64,000 nt of DNA from a virus (IMGVR_UViG_2724679538_000004:1-64000), one strand, 5' to 3'. Numbered from the stretch's first letter, positions 1 to 9,352 are shown. Notes: a model not told the origin generated them from the sequence alone. Numbers and translations are program-made.

Positions 1-275
1 GTGGGGCGAAGCACCGGCAGGCATCCACAAACAGTGAATATTATTCATCCTGTCGTCTTGTTGTAAAAAAGAATGGTTCTGTAATTTATGACAAATCGAC
101 CAACGATGTTACAGCCATTTACACAGGTATCATGGATATGCCTGCTGGTAGAGGAGCACTAAAACTGGAGTTTTCAGTTTCTGCGTCAAACGGGAATTAT
201 CATCCTTCAGCGACTATCAGTGATCTACTAGTCATTGTGACGAAAAAAGCGACGGCTGGGATATCAATTTCATAG
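1..275 (+). CDS. partial CDS (3' end, 5' end outside window); hypothetical, possibly virion structural
   Basis: Frame open from window edge to TAG 273-275 (..SDLLVIVTKKATAGISIS*); directly upstream of tail fibre gene. Confidence 0.4.
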   Translation, partial: GAKHRQASTNSEYYSSCRLVVKKNGSVIYDKSTNDVTAIYTGIMDMPAGRGALKLEFSVSASNGNYHPSATISDLLVIVTKKATAGISIS

Positions 276-303
276 TGGCAAAAAATTATTCTATAGTGGA
301 AAA

Positions 304-321
304 TAGGTAAGTACTTAGCTA
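304..321. repeat. palindromic intergenic motif A copy (TAGGTAAGTACTTAGCTA)
   Basis: Matches recurrent TAGGTAAGTACTTACCTA element; 45 bp upstream of fibre start. Confidence 0.7.
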
Positions 322-366
322 TCAATGTGGGCATGGATGCCCACATTTTAAGGAGTGTAAAAGTAG

Positions 367-3300
367 ATGTGGTACAGGGAAGGTACTATTACCTTTACGC
401 AAGGTAAATCTACGCTTGTAGGCGTAGGCACAAAATGGAATATGACCGAGAATGGCGTTCTGCCTGGAATGATCGTCATTGGGCCAGATAATAAGCTGTA
501 TGAAATTAAACGCGTCATCAGCGACACTAATTTGACGCTAGTCGAGGCTTATACAGGAGAAACCCAAAGCGAAGTCCCTTGTCGTATTATCACCACTTAT
601 GAAGGCGATTTAACGCAATTCAGTGCTCGGTTTACGGCATTAATGAATCGTATGTCTGCCGATTCAAAGACAATGCGTAGTTGGTTGACAGCTCTTGATG
701 AGGTGACAATCGAGCGTGAAGACGGCACAGAAGTGACCGTTAAGCCTCTGATGCAGATCGTCAACGAACATAATGAAAACGTTGAGTGGTATAAAAATAA
801 CACTGACGCAATTGATGCCGCTGGCGACAAAGCTCGTGAAGCTGCGGCCAGTGCTGCGGTGGCAGCAGAAAGCGCCAATACCGCTGGAGAAAAAGCCTCT
901 CAAGCGTCTCAAAGTGCATCCGCTGCGGCAGATTCACAAAGTGCTGCAAGCGCGAGCGCAACTGCTGCAAAAAAATCTGAAACAAACGCAGAATCAGCAT
1001 ATGTAGCGGCAGCAGAATCAGCATCTTTGGCGTCGACTAAAGCATCGGAGGCGTCCACATCTGCGTCCAGTGCCTCTGCATCTAAGGATGCGGCTAAACT
1101 ATCAGAGACTAACGCTTCATCGAGTGCAAACGCGGCGGCATCATTTGCAACAGAAGCTGAAAATGCGTCTAAGGCAGCAAAAACATCAGAGACAAACGCA
1201 AAAGCATCTGAAACGGCCGCCGAACAGAGTGCATCATCTGCAAACAGTTCTAAATCTGCGGCGGAGGCGTCTGCGAGCGAAGCCTCTGCAAGCGCTGATA
1301 GTGCTTCATCAAGTGCAACTGCGGCAGGAAAGTCTGCGGAAAGCGCGTCGACATCAGCGGCAACAGCTACCGCAAAAGCGACAGAAGCGACGGAACAGGC
1401 GACGTTGGCCAGTGCCTCAGTTACAGCAGCAAAGACATCGGAAGAAAATGCTAAGGCTTCTGAAAAAAATGCTCAGGCATCAATGATCGCGGCGGCGGCA
1501 TCAGCTGAATCGGCAGCAAGTTCAGCAACGGAGGCTGTATCTTCTAAGGATGCGGCAGTGACAAAGGCAACAGAGGCAGCAGAGTCAGCTTCAACCGCGA
1601 CAACAAAGGCAAGTGAGTCCTCCGCCAGTGCTGATGCGGCAGCGAAGAGCAAAACAGCTGCGGAATCAGCGGCAACAAGAGCGGAATCAGCGGCTGAACG
1701 AGCAGAAGACATTGCGGCGGCAGTAGGGATTGAAGACGCAACTCTGACAACAAAAGGTGTTGTGAAGCTTAGTAGCGCAATCAACAGCGAGTCTGAGGAA
1801 CTGGCAGCTACGCCGAAAGCGGTAAAGGCAGCCTATGATTTGGCCAACAGCAAGTATACAGCACAGGACTCAACTACAGCTCAAAAGGGACTTGTCCAAC
1901 TTAGCAGTGATATCAATAGCGGTAGCGAAGCTTTTGCGGCCACACCAAAGGCGGTAAAAGCCGCATACGACAACGCTGAAACACGCCTTCGGAAAGACCA
2001 GAACGGCGCAGATATACCTGGGAAAGACACCTTCGTAAAAAATATTGGCGCGGCGAAAGCTGCCAGCGGCAATATCAGCATCGGAGGGGACAGCAATAAC
2101 TGGACGACGGCGCAATTTATCGAGTGGCTGGAGTCTCAAGGGGCGTTCAATCATCCATATTGGATGTGCAAAGGCTCCTGGGCTTACGCTGCCAATAAAA
2201 TCATCACGGATACCGGTTGTGGAAATATACAACTTTCTGGCGCTGTAGTTGAGGTTATGGGGGTTCGAGAGGCTATGACTATTCGCGTCACCACCCCCAC
2301 GACCGCAACGAACGGCGGAACCGTCAAGGCTCAGTTTACCTACATCAACCACGGTGACGCTTATGCGCCAGGCTGGAGACGCGACTTTAATCGAGCTGGC
2401 GATTCAATGTCAGGCCAATTGACTTTGGCGAATATGTCGCAGCCATTAAGATCACCAGGAGGTGGTATATTTGCCAATGATGGCAACGTGTATATCAATA
2501 AACAGGGTTTTGCTGGATGGATCGATGCGCTCTTTTTGAAATTAACCGGAGGCACTTTAACTGGTCCTCTTGCATTCCAAAATTCAAACGGCAAAGCATT
2601 TAGGGTGATGACGGATCATACACCTTCACTAAATACTTATATGCAAATATGGGGTGAATCTTCAAGGCCAACGGTTATTGAATTAAAAGATGAGAAGGGT
2701 TATCACTTTTACAGCCAAAGAAACACTAATGACTCTATTACAATGAGTATTAATGGTGAGGTGGTTTCCAGATCAGCAAATGCTTTCCGTGCCGCATACG
2801 GGAATTATGGCTTTTTCATTCGAAATGACGGAACGACTACTTATTTCCTACTAACCAATTCAGGTGATCCGCTTGGTGGGTGGAGTGGCTTGCGTCCATT
2901 GTACATTAATAACTCAACAGGACGAGTAACGTTTGGAAATGGCGTTGATATTAATAATGGGGCAGTAATTAACGGTGGTGTTGGACTGGGGGTGACTAAC
3001 GCTCTTGGCGGAAACTCTATTGTTTTAGGCGATAATGATACGGGCTTTAAACAGAACGGTGATGGCATTCTTGATGTTTATGCAAATAATGCCCATGTTT
3101 TTCGGTTCGTTAATGGCACGCTGCAAAGCCTTAAGCCATTGAGTGTAACAGGGGATATTGCGTCAAGTGCATGGGTTTACGCCAACCGTTATTCTATCAA
3201 CAGCGGATCTGGCGCATGGATTGATATGCGGAACCAGAACGTCATTTTCGGGAAGAATGCTGTAAGCACAAGCTCTGCACAGGCGTTGTTGAGACAAGAC

Positions 3301-3756
3301 CACGCGGATCGCAAATTCTTTGTGGGGGGCTTGGGAAACAGTCAGTTTGGCTTTTACATGATCAACAACTCACGTACAGCAAATGGCACGGATGCCAACG
3401 CATATCTCCAAAATGATGGTACTTGGGTTTGTGGAGGTAATGGTAACTTTAACGATGTTTATATCCGCTCTGATGCCAGACTTAAAAGTAATTTCGCACC
3501 GATTAAAAATGCTCTGAGTAAAGTGAAAGCACTGAGCGGATTAATTTACGATAAAAGGGAAAATTTTCAATCTAGTACGATTCGCCGTGAGGCGGGGGTT
3601 GTTGCTCAGGAACTCCAAAAGGTTTTACCAGAAGCTGTTTCAGCTTACAAAGATGCAAATGGCGAAGATGTTCTGACTATTTCAAATTCTGCGCAAATAG
3701 CACTTCTTATTGAGGCTGTTAAAGAGCTGGCAGCAATCATTGAACAAAAAATATGA
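367..3756 (+). CDS. tail fibre protein with C-terminal S74-type intramolecular chaperone domain
   Basis: 1129 aa; long Ala/Ser-rich low-complexity repeats; two TPKAVKAAYD phage fibre repeats; C-terminus SDARLKSNF...GVVAQELQKVLPEAV...AVKELAAII matches S74 chaperone pattern; RBS AAGGAG upstream. Confidence 0.85.
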   Translation: MWYREGTITFTQGKSTLVGVGTKWNMTENGVLPGMIVIGPDNKLYEIKRVISDTNLTLVEAYTGETQSEVPCRIITTYEGDLTQFSARFTALMNRMSADSKTMRSWLTALDEVTIEREDGTEVTVKPLMQIVNEHNENVEWYKNNTDAIDAAGDKAREAAASAAVAAESANTAGEKASQASQSASAAADSQSAASASATAAKKSETNAESAYVAAAESASLASTKASEASTSASSASASKDAAKLSETNASSSANAAASFATEAENASKAAKTSETNAKASETAAEQSASSANSSKSAAEASASEASASADSASSSATAAGKSAESASTSAATATAKATEATEQATLASASVTAAKTSEENAKASEKNAQASMIAAAASAESAASSATEAVSSKDAAVTKATEAAESASTATTKASESSASADAAAKSKTAAESAATRAESAAERAEDIAAAVGIEDATLTTKGVVKLSSAINSESEELAATPKAVKAAYDLANSKYTAQDSTTAQKGLVQLSSDINSGSEAFAATPKAVKAAYDNAETRLRKDQNGADIPGKDTFVKNIGAAKAASGNISIGGDSNNWTTAQFIEWLESQGAFNHPYWMCKGSWAYAANKIITDTGCGNIQLSGAVVEVMGVREAMTIRVTTPTTATNGGTVKAQFTYINHGDAYAPGWRRDFNRAGDSMSGQLTLANMSQPLRSPGGGIFANDGNVYINKQGFAGWIDALFLKLTGGTLTGPLAFQNSNGKAFRVMTDHTPSLNTYMQIWGESSRPTVIELKDEKGYHFYSQRNTNDSITMSINGEVVSRSANAFRAAYGNYGFFIRNDGTTTYFLLTNSGDPLGGWSGLRPLYINNSTGRVTFGNGVDINNGAVINGGVGLGVTNALGGNSIVLGDNDTGFKQNGDGILDVYANNAHVFRFVNGTLQSLKPLSVTGDIASSAWVYANRYSINSGSGAWIDMRNQNVIFGKNAVSTSSAQALLRQDHADRKFFVGGLGNSQFGFYMINNSRTANGTDANAYLQNDGTWVCGGNGNFNDVYIRSDARLKSNFAPIKNALSKVKALSGLIYDKRENFQSSTIRREAGVVAQELQKVLPEAVSAYKDANGEDVLTISNSAQIALLIEAVKELAAIIEQKI

Positions 3757-3818
3757 TAATGTTGGAGAGGCTAAAGCCTCTCCCATAATAAACTGTCATA
3801 ATATTTGAGAGGGTTATT

Positions 3819-4601
3819 GTGTCAATTACAAAAGTTCCTGGATGGATAGGATCATCAGCGGTTTCAGAAACAGGGCAACGTTGGATGAGTGCTGCCCGCA
3901 CCACAGTCCAATTGTCCGCAGCAGGAAATATGTCACAGATGGGTGGTAGGTCAAAAGAGATTTACTACTCAATAGGGGCTAATCACAATTATAACAAAGA
4001 CACATTAATATCATATTTACGCTCCGTTGGCTCTACACCTGTAGTAGTTACTATTACAGGGGATTTAGTTTCTATAAGCAGTACAGTCCCTTGTCTTGAC
4101 TTTCCGGGTGACTTATCAAACTCATATATTAACCTCGTAATTAATAGTGGAGTTACCGTATATGGACGAGGTGGTAACGGGGGTAACAAAAGTAATGGTG
4201 CTGCTGGGGGAACTGCCATAAATAATGGAATTGGGACTCGTTTACGTATTACAAACAATGGAGCTATAGCCGGTGGTGGTGGTGGCGGCGGTGCTACCTA
4301 TGTGAAATCAAGTCTTTCAGATGGAGTATATGGTGGTGGCGGCGGCAGACCATTTGGTACTCGTGGTGCTTCTTCTGGCCCCATGAGTTCAAATTCCACA
4401 GACGCTACTTTAACAGCGGCTGGTAAAGGTGCGGTGTCAAAGGGAACTGGTGGCGCAGGTAATGGTGGCAACGTGGGTGCCGCTGGCTCTAACGGATATG
4501 GTGGTGGGACAATGTATAATGGTGGTGCAGGGGGCAAAGCGGTGGCAGGTAGTGCGCCAACATGGATTTCAGTTGGGTCGATATATGGCGCTCGTGTGTA
4601 A
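3819..4601 (+). CDS. gp38-like glycine-rich tail fibre adhesin
   Basis: GTG start with RBS; N-terminus VPGWIGSSAVSETGQRWMS resembles T2-type gp38 (from memory); poly-Gly runs (GGGGGGG, GGGGG) separating variable segments. Confidence 0.65.
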   Translation: MSITKVPGWIGSSAVSETGQRWMSAARTTVQLSAAGNMSQMGGRSKEIYYSIGANHNYNKDTLISYLRSVGSTPVVVTITGDLVSISSTVPCLDFPGDLSNSYINLVINSGVTVYGRGGNGGNKSNGAAGGTAINNGIGTRLRITNNGAIAGGGGGGGATYVKSSLSDGVYGGGGGRPFGTRGASSGPMSSNSTDATLTAAGKGAVSKGTGGAGNGGNVGAAGSNGYGGGTMYNGGAGGKAVAGSAPTWISVGSIYGARV

Positions 4602-4612
4602 GTACTTACCTA
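4597..4612. repeat. motif A copy
   Basis: TGTAAGTACTTACCTA overlapping stop codon of gp38-like gene. Confidence 0.7.
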
Positions 4613-4675
4613 CAAAAATGGAAAGAATTGTGGTATAAATTCGCCATCCCGATTTGACTTTTCATGGAGGAAAAC

Positions 4676-4999
4676 ATGTCGAACGAGATGGCGGGAGTTA
4701 CAACTGAACAGGTTGAACGCATCGCCTCAATCGTTGCTCGGGAAGTCGTAGGCAAATTAGGTAAAGAAATACGCGAGGAAATTGGCCAGGAGGTCAACGA
4801 CCAGCTTAAAACCTATTTTGGCGATATGACACCAGCGCAACACAGTATCCAACACTCCAACCTGGACAAGCTTCTTAATCGGCTGGATTCAATTTCAAGC
4901 GGCTTCTTTGGCGGCGTTATTTCAAAAATAACGTCGTTCCTTATTACCGCTCTGATTTTGGGTATTGCTGCTTATGGCGTCAAAAATGGACTGAAATAA
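4676..4999 (+). CDS. membrane protein with C-terminal TM helix; possible holin-like lysis protein
   Basis: GGAGG RBS 5 nt upstream of ATG 4676; single C-terminal hydrophobic helix ITSFLITALILGIAAYGV; position at head of lysis cassette. Confidence 0.35.
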   Translation: MSNEMAGVTTEQVERIASIVAREVVGKLGKEIREEIGQEVNDQLKTYFGDMTPAQHSIQHSNLDKLLNRLDSISSGFFGGVISKITSFLITALILGIAAYGVKNGLK

Positions 5000-5012
5000 C
5001 AGGAGATCAAGG

Positions 5013-5705
5013 ATGAACACTCCAAGAGGTATTCGAAACAACAACCCAGGCAACCTTGATAAAGGTTCTCCGTGGCAAGGTTTAGTTGATAATCCGAATG
5101 AGCCGCGCTTTTGCACTTTCATAGATCCTGTTTGGGGGATTCGTGCATTAGCAGTGACGCTTATCACCTACCACGACAAACGTCGGGCTAAGGACGGTTC
5201 CAGCATAGATACTATCCGTGAAGTTATCGAACGCTGGGCGCCGCCTTCCGAAAACAATACGGCCGCATATGTGAAGGAAGTATCGAAAGCAGTAGGCGTT
5301 GATCCAGATACGGTTATCAACTTGCACAGGTACGACACTCTGCGTCCGCTGGTTGAGGCCATTATTCGTCATGAAAATGGCCGCGGTCCTCTCAAGACGA
5401 AAAATACCTGGTATTCAAATGAGGTCATCAACGAAGGCCTTCGTAGAGCTGGTGTTGTGAAGCCAGTGACGGCAGTTACCACTGTTCCAGTCACTAAAGA
5501 GACTGCCGGTGCTACAGTCACCGCAGGCATTGGCCTTGCACAGATTGCTGATGTTATGCCTCAAGTTTCTGCCGCAATGGACAAAGCTCAAGGCCATATC
5601 TCAAGTGGAGATACGGTACGCATCATTTTTGGCGTAGCTACCATCCTTGTGGCGGCGTTCATTGCCTGGTCCCAGGTTCGCAAGCATCAAAATGGATTAG
5701 TGTAA
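5013..5705 (+). CDS. lysis-cassette protein with NNNPGNL motif and C-terminal TM anchor (possible endolysin)
   Basis: AGGAG RBS; conserved-looking N-terminal RNNNPGNLDKGSPWQG; C-terminal hydrophobic segment; immediately upstream of spanins. Confidence 0.35.
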   Translation: MNTPRGIRNNNPGNLDKGSPWQGLVDNPNEPRFCTFIDPVWGIRALAVTLITYHDKRRAKDGSSIDTIREVIERWAPPSENNTAAYVKEVSKAVGVDPDTVINLHRYDTLRPLVEAIIRHENGRGPLKTKNTWYSNEVINEGLRRAGVVKPVTAVTTVPVTKETAGATVTAGIGLAQIADVMPQVSAAMDKAQGHISSGDTVRIIFGVATILVAAFIAWSQVRKHQNGLV

Positions 5706-5707
5706 GT

Positions 5708-5959
5708 ATGTTTGGCGGCCTGTTTTTCAAAGTTAAATCCGCTTTGTTCACTCTGGCCGCCGTCATTCTCGTCCTTGTCGGCGCATATTCCTATGGTGGG
5801 TATATGGTCAGGCGAAGTATGGAAGAGAAAGAACGGCGGGAAGATAACAAACGTCTTCAAAGCACAGTGGAAGTGGTGAATGAGACGAACAGTCAAATAC
5901 GTCAGAAAGATGCTTCTGCCGTTCATCGTGAGCTGCATGATAAGTGGTTGCGTCATTAA
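5708..5959 (+). CDS. i-spanin (Rz-like inner membrane spanin)
   Basis: N-terminal TM helix then charged coiled-coil-like region; o-spanin ORF begins inside its 3' end in another frame. Confidence 0.7.
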   Translation: MFGGLFFKVKSALFTLAAVILVLVGAYSYGGYMVRRSMEEKERREDNKRLQSTVEVVNETNSQIRQKDASAVHRELHDKWLRH

Positions 5960-6095
5960 GCCACAAACCACCAGCGTGTTGTTCTGCGATGGCGCTGAGC
6001 CTATATATATCAGCAATGACGATGTAATGACCGAAGAAACCGAACGCCAAATCCTTTTTCACAATACGATGGGAGAGAGAGTTTGCGGTTGGTGA
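5910..6095 (+). CDS. o-spanin (Rz1-like outer membrane lipoprotein)
   Basis: Signal peptide MLLPFIVSCMISGC with lipobox ISGC; overlaps i-spanin out of frame. Confidence 0.7.
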   Translation: MLLPFIVSCMISGCVIKPQTTSVLFCDGAEPIYISNDDVMTEETERQILFHNTMGERVCGW

Positions 6096-6131
6096 GGTTG
6101 ACAACTCCCCTCAATGAGGGGAGTTACAATT

Positions 6132-6650
6132 TTATTCGAACAATTTTTCGATAGATTTTGTTGGATAGAACAAAGAACGCTCGTTGTTACCAACAAGCTG
6201 AATAAAGCCTAAACTTTTATAAAAAGCCCTGGCATTATCATTCAACGCCTCAACGAAAAGTCCATGAATACCTACAGCAAGAGAGGCATTGTACACAACG
6301 CGCATTGCATGTGTTACAAGCATTGAGCCAAGTCCTTGACCTTGAAGAGATTTGTCTAAAGCCAGCCTGCCTAAAGTGACACTTGGTACATTCCGATAAG
6401 GCACTTTCTTTTGTTGACTCCTTGAAGGTAAGGCCTCCTTCTCAAAGCAGCTGCCTGACAAAGTGTAATAGCCTAATACTCTTGGCTTTTCTTCTTTGGT
6501 GCAAAGGACATAAGCCCGAAGAATTTTGCCCTCATGCTGTCTTTTCAGGTGGTTGGTTAAAAATGCGTTTAGTGACTCTTCGCCGCAATCAAAACCATTC
6601 AGATCATAATCTTTCTCTCCAGAGAAAATCTCTATCGTCGTATTGCCCAC
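6132..6650 (-). CDS. GNAT acetyltransferase toxin (TacT/KacT-like)
   Basis: 172 aa, GNAT-like motifs (QGQGLG); immediately downstream of DUF1778-like antitoxin in same operon. Confidence 0.7.
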   Translation of the reverse strand: MGNTTIEIFSGEKDYDLNGFDCGEESLNAFLTNHLKRQHEGKILRAYVLCTKEEKPRVLGYYTLSGSCFEKEALPSRSQQKKVPYRNVPSVTLGRLALDKSLQGQGLGSMLVTHAMRVVYNASLAVGIHGLFVEALNDNARAFYKSLGFIQLVGNNERSLFYPTKSIEKLFE

Positions 6651-6657
6651 GAGTAAA

Positions 6658-6927
6658 CTACTCCATGCTTTTCAGACGATCAGCAGCCCGTTTCAGCTTA
6701 TCGTTCGGTGCCGGAGGATTGCTTATAGCATCCATAACCAGATTCCAGGATTCCTCACTTAGAATCAGTCTACGGTGTTGTTCTATAACTTTCGCGGCAC
6801 GTTCAGAGGCACTGCTAACCATGAACTGGGTAATGCTCTGGTTAGACATTGCGGCAGCTTCCTCGATGATGCTTTTATCGTCATCGGTTAATCTCAAATC
6901 GATGCGCTGCTTTTTCAGTGCTGACAT
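6658..6927 (-). CDS. DUF1778/RHH-type antitoxin (TacA/KacA-like)
   Basis: 89 aa, precedes GNAT toxin with 7-bp gap; typical TA architecture. Confidence 0.65.
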   Translation of the reverse strand: MSALKKQRIDLRLTDDDKSIIEEAAAMSNQSITQFMVSSASERAAKVIEQHRRLILSEESWNLVMDAISNPPAPNDKLKRAADRLKSME

Positions 6928-7195
6928 GTGTTCCCCCTGATGGCCAGTGATGCAGGAAGGCCATCAATATCCTCTATTCAAACTGAGTTTTCGACTCAAA
7001 GGTTACTTTACAGGGCTATAGCCCATTGCGTATGTGTCATCAAATTGTGTACGGCAAATTACCGTACCTGTAATATAGAGGCCATTGTTACTTTTTTCAA
7101 CAGACAAATGAACACTGGAACTATCAGCAGTCTCTAACAACCTACCATTTAACCTTTACACCGTAGCCGTAGGCATTTAGGCTATAACGCATATA

Positions 7196-7216
7196 AGAAA
7201 ACAAATTGTTTCAAAC
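7196..7216. promoter_or_regulatory. motif B palindromic operator/promoter element
   Basis: AGAAAACAAATTGTTTCAAAC upstream of parA. Confidence 0.5.
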
Positions 7217-7244
7217 GACAAATATATACGTAAGGGACTCTCCA

Positions 7245-7913
7245 ATGACGAAGATCATTGTGGTTGGTGGAACAAAAGGCGGCCCCGGTAAATCTACCGT
7301 TGCCCAGCAAATCGCAGTTTGTCTCAAGATCAAAAAGAAAAAGAAAGTTCAAATCACCGATATTGATATTCAACGCACCACAACAAGCTGGTGCGAAGAC
7401 CGGCGTCAGAATGAAGAACTTGAGCTAATTCCATTCGCCTATGTGCCGGACGATATCGTTAAACACATCAAATCGCTTAAAGGGCGCTACGATTATGTTG
7501 TTATTGATGCTGGGGGCTTTGACTCCGAAATCCAACGACACGCAATGCTGTTGGCCGATTTCGTCGTTATCCCACTACGTCCTAAGCGTCGGGATTTGAA
7601 GTCGTTGCGTGATATTGATCCGATAGTTGATAACGTTCGCATCATTAACGACAAAGTGAAGGTCCGCGCGGTCATGAACCAATGCCCGGCTCTGCCATCA
7701 CAAGTGTCCCGCATTCTGGCAGCCAAAGAGATCGTTGAGACGTTTGGCATCGAATCTGCGCCAGTCAACCTGTACAACCGCAACGTCTATGACGACGCAG
7801 AAGAATCAGGTCGCTCTATCTTTGAAATGACAGGTAGTGAGCGTGACAAGAAGGCGGAAGCTGAGTTTGAAGAGTTTGTAGATTATCTATTGAGTCTGGA
7901 GGAAGAAGAATAA
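7245..7913 (+). CDS. parA: ParA-type partition ATPase
   Basis: Deviant Walker A KGGPGKST near N-terminus (MTKIIVVGGTKGGPGKST); RBS AAGGGA; followed by small overlapping partner gene. Confidence 0.8.
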   Translation: MTKIIVVGGTKGGPGKSTVAQQIAVCLKIKKKKKVQITDIDIQRTTTSWCEDRRQNEELELIPFAYVPDDIVKHIKSLKGRYDYVVIDAGGFDSEIQRHAMLLADFVVIPLRPKRRDLKSLRDIDPIVDNVRIINDKVKVRAVMNQCPALPSQVSRILAAKEIVETFGIESAPVNLYNRNVYDDAEESGRSIFEMTGSERDKKAEAEFEEFVDYLLSLEEEE

Positions 7914-8272
7914 TGTCCATGAAAATGGGAGACCTTGCAAAGCGCACTGAGCCTACTACACAGGTCAAAAACAACACGCCGTTGCGCCAGCCAGTCAGAC
8001 CACAGGGCCGCCCAACTCGTGGTAAAGAAAAAATCAAAAGCCGTACTATGTCGCTGGAAGACGAGTACTTTGAACTTCTGGAGATGATGAAATGTATCCC
8101 TCGTTTTGAGAAGTTCACACGTTCTGACGTTATTCGTGCAGCCATTTTCCATCTTGCTGAAAAATCGCCGCAAGAAATCGAAGATATCGTGAAACTGAAC
8201 GATGCAATTACAGCTGCCGACGTCACTATGCGTACTGATGAAATCAAACGTGAGCTGATGAAGAAAGGTTAA
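7913..8272 (+). CDS. putative partition centromere-binding protein (ParG/ParB-like)
   Basis: 119 aa, start overlaps parA stop (TAATG); basic N-terminus, position typical of partner of small ParA. Confidence 0.45.
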   Translation: MSMKMGDLAKRTEPTTQVKNNTPLRQPVRPQGRPTRGKEKIKSRTMSLEDEYFELLEMMKCIPRFEKFTRSDVIRAAIFHLAEKSPQEIEDIVKLNDAITAADVTMRTDEIKRELMKKG

Positions 8273-8324
8273 AAATGATGCATTGGCGTTAACGTTAACA
8301 GTGCGCCAATGCATCATAACAGTG

Positions 8325-9143
8325 TCAGACTAATGCCGCGCTAATACTGCGTTCAGTCTTGCCCACTCCCACCTTCACAAAAGGGCTACCGTAGCTTGGT
8401 GGTTTCTTGATTAATTTTCCTACGTATAGTTCTCTAATATGTTCATCGGCTATTCTGCCAACAAATTCATAACGTTTGGTATCAGGGCTAAGAGCTATAT
8501 CTCGTGTAAAGTACTGCTGAGAACCGGCTTTGACCCAGCATTCTATCTGATAAACCTCCATTATTAGCCCACCATATGTAGCGTAGGCATATTTGAGATT
8601 CTCATCTCTGGGAACCTTTGCCCATACGCCACGCGTAGCTTCATATAATGCCAGAGCGGACATTCCTGACTTGTAGGTGCTGTTTAGCAGAAAGGCTAAT
8701 CCGGCGTGCTCAGGAGCAATTTCAGTTTCCTCTTGTAGAACTAAGTGATGGTAGGCATCCAGTGATATTCTTCCCATCAGGGAACCACTTCCTCGTACTT
8801 TATTAGTTAGTTCTCCAACCCCCATAAGATCAATGCATGTTGCCTCAACAAGTTTGGCTGTGCTTTCATCCATGCCATGACGAAGAATATCTATGCCTAA
8901 TTTCTTTTGCGCCAAAAGTTCTTTGATTCGTCTTGATTTAGGAGAATCATCGAGGTACTTGATGTGGTCAAGACAACGAGTCGATTTGCCTTTTCCTATG
9001 TAAAACGGTCTTTTCATCTTGTCTTCTGTATCATAGAGACAGTAAACATAGTATTTAGCCTTATCCAACGATTTCGCGTACACCGATAAATCGTACATTG
9101 TTTCGTCCCTTAGCAACTGAATAATGCGTTCTATTTTACACAT
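8325..9143 (-). CDS. GIY-YIG domain nuclease
   Basis: YYVYCLYD..(7)..PFYIGKGKSTR matches GIY-YIG core with conserved Arg and downstream Glu; C-terminal 160 aa unassigned. Confidence 0.55.
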   Translation of the reverse strand: MCKIERIIQLLRDETMYDLSVYAKSLDKAKYYVYCLYDTEDKMKRPFYIGKGKSTRCLDHIKYLDDSPKSRRIKELLAQKKLGIDILRHGMDESTAKLVEATCIDLMGVGELTNKVRGSGSLMGRISLDAYHHLVLQEETEIAPEHAGLAFLLNSTYKSGMSALALYEATRGVWAKVPRDENLKYAYATYGGLIMEVYQIECWVKAGSQQYFTRDIALSPDTKRYEFVGRIADEHIRELYVGKLIKKPPSYGSPFVKVGVGKTERSISAALV

Positions 9144-9332
9144 AAGTATTTAATTAACTGTAAAATTTCTGGGTGTCTAAGACGACAACTTAAACCTGCT
9201 TCTGTATATATATTTAATAAGTTACTTATTATTTATATACAGAAGCAGGCTCTTTAAAGTACACGTCAGAACAACTCCCTTCTGTTTCTACTTCCAAAAA
9301 CAAGCACCAGTCGCTATGATTCGCTCAAAATG

Positions 9333-9352
9333 ATAAGTAAGTAGTTACCTAT
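9333..9352. repeat. motif A copy
   Basis: ATAAGTAAGTAGTTACCTAT abutting ATG 9351. Confidence 0.7.

Noticed and set aside
597-1784. Multiple ORFs on both strands inside the tail fibre gene (597-878, 664-912, 761-1024, 1070-1486, 1473-1784)
   Set aside because: They lie in alternative frames of the Ala/Ser-rich repetitive fibre region; low-complexity translations with no start signals. Treated as frame artefacts.
5013-5705. Firm call of ORF 5013-5705 as an endolysin
   Set aside because: Position in the lysis cassette suggests it, but I could not match any known muralytic catalytic motif by eye; kept as a low-confidence functional guess only.
6383-6940. 185-aa + strand ORF antisense to the toxin-antitoxin genes
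   Set aside because: Entirely overlaps two well-supported - strand genes; no RBS.
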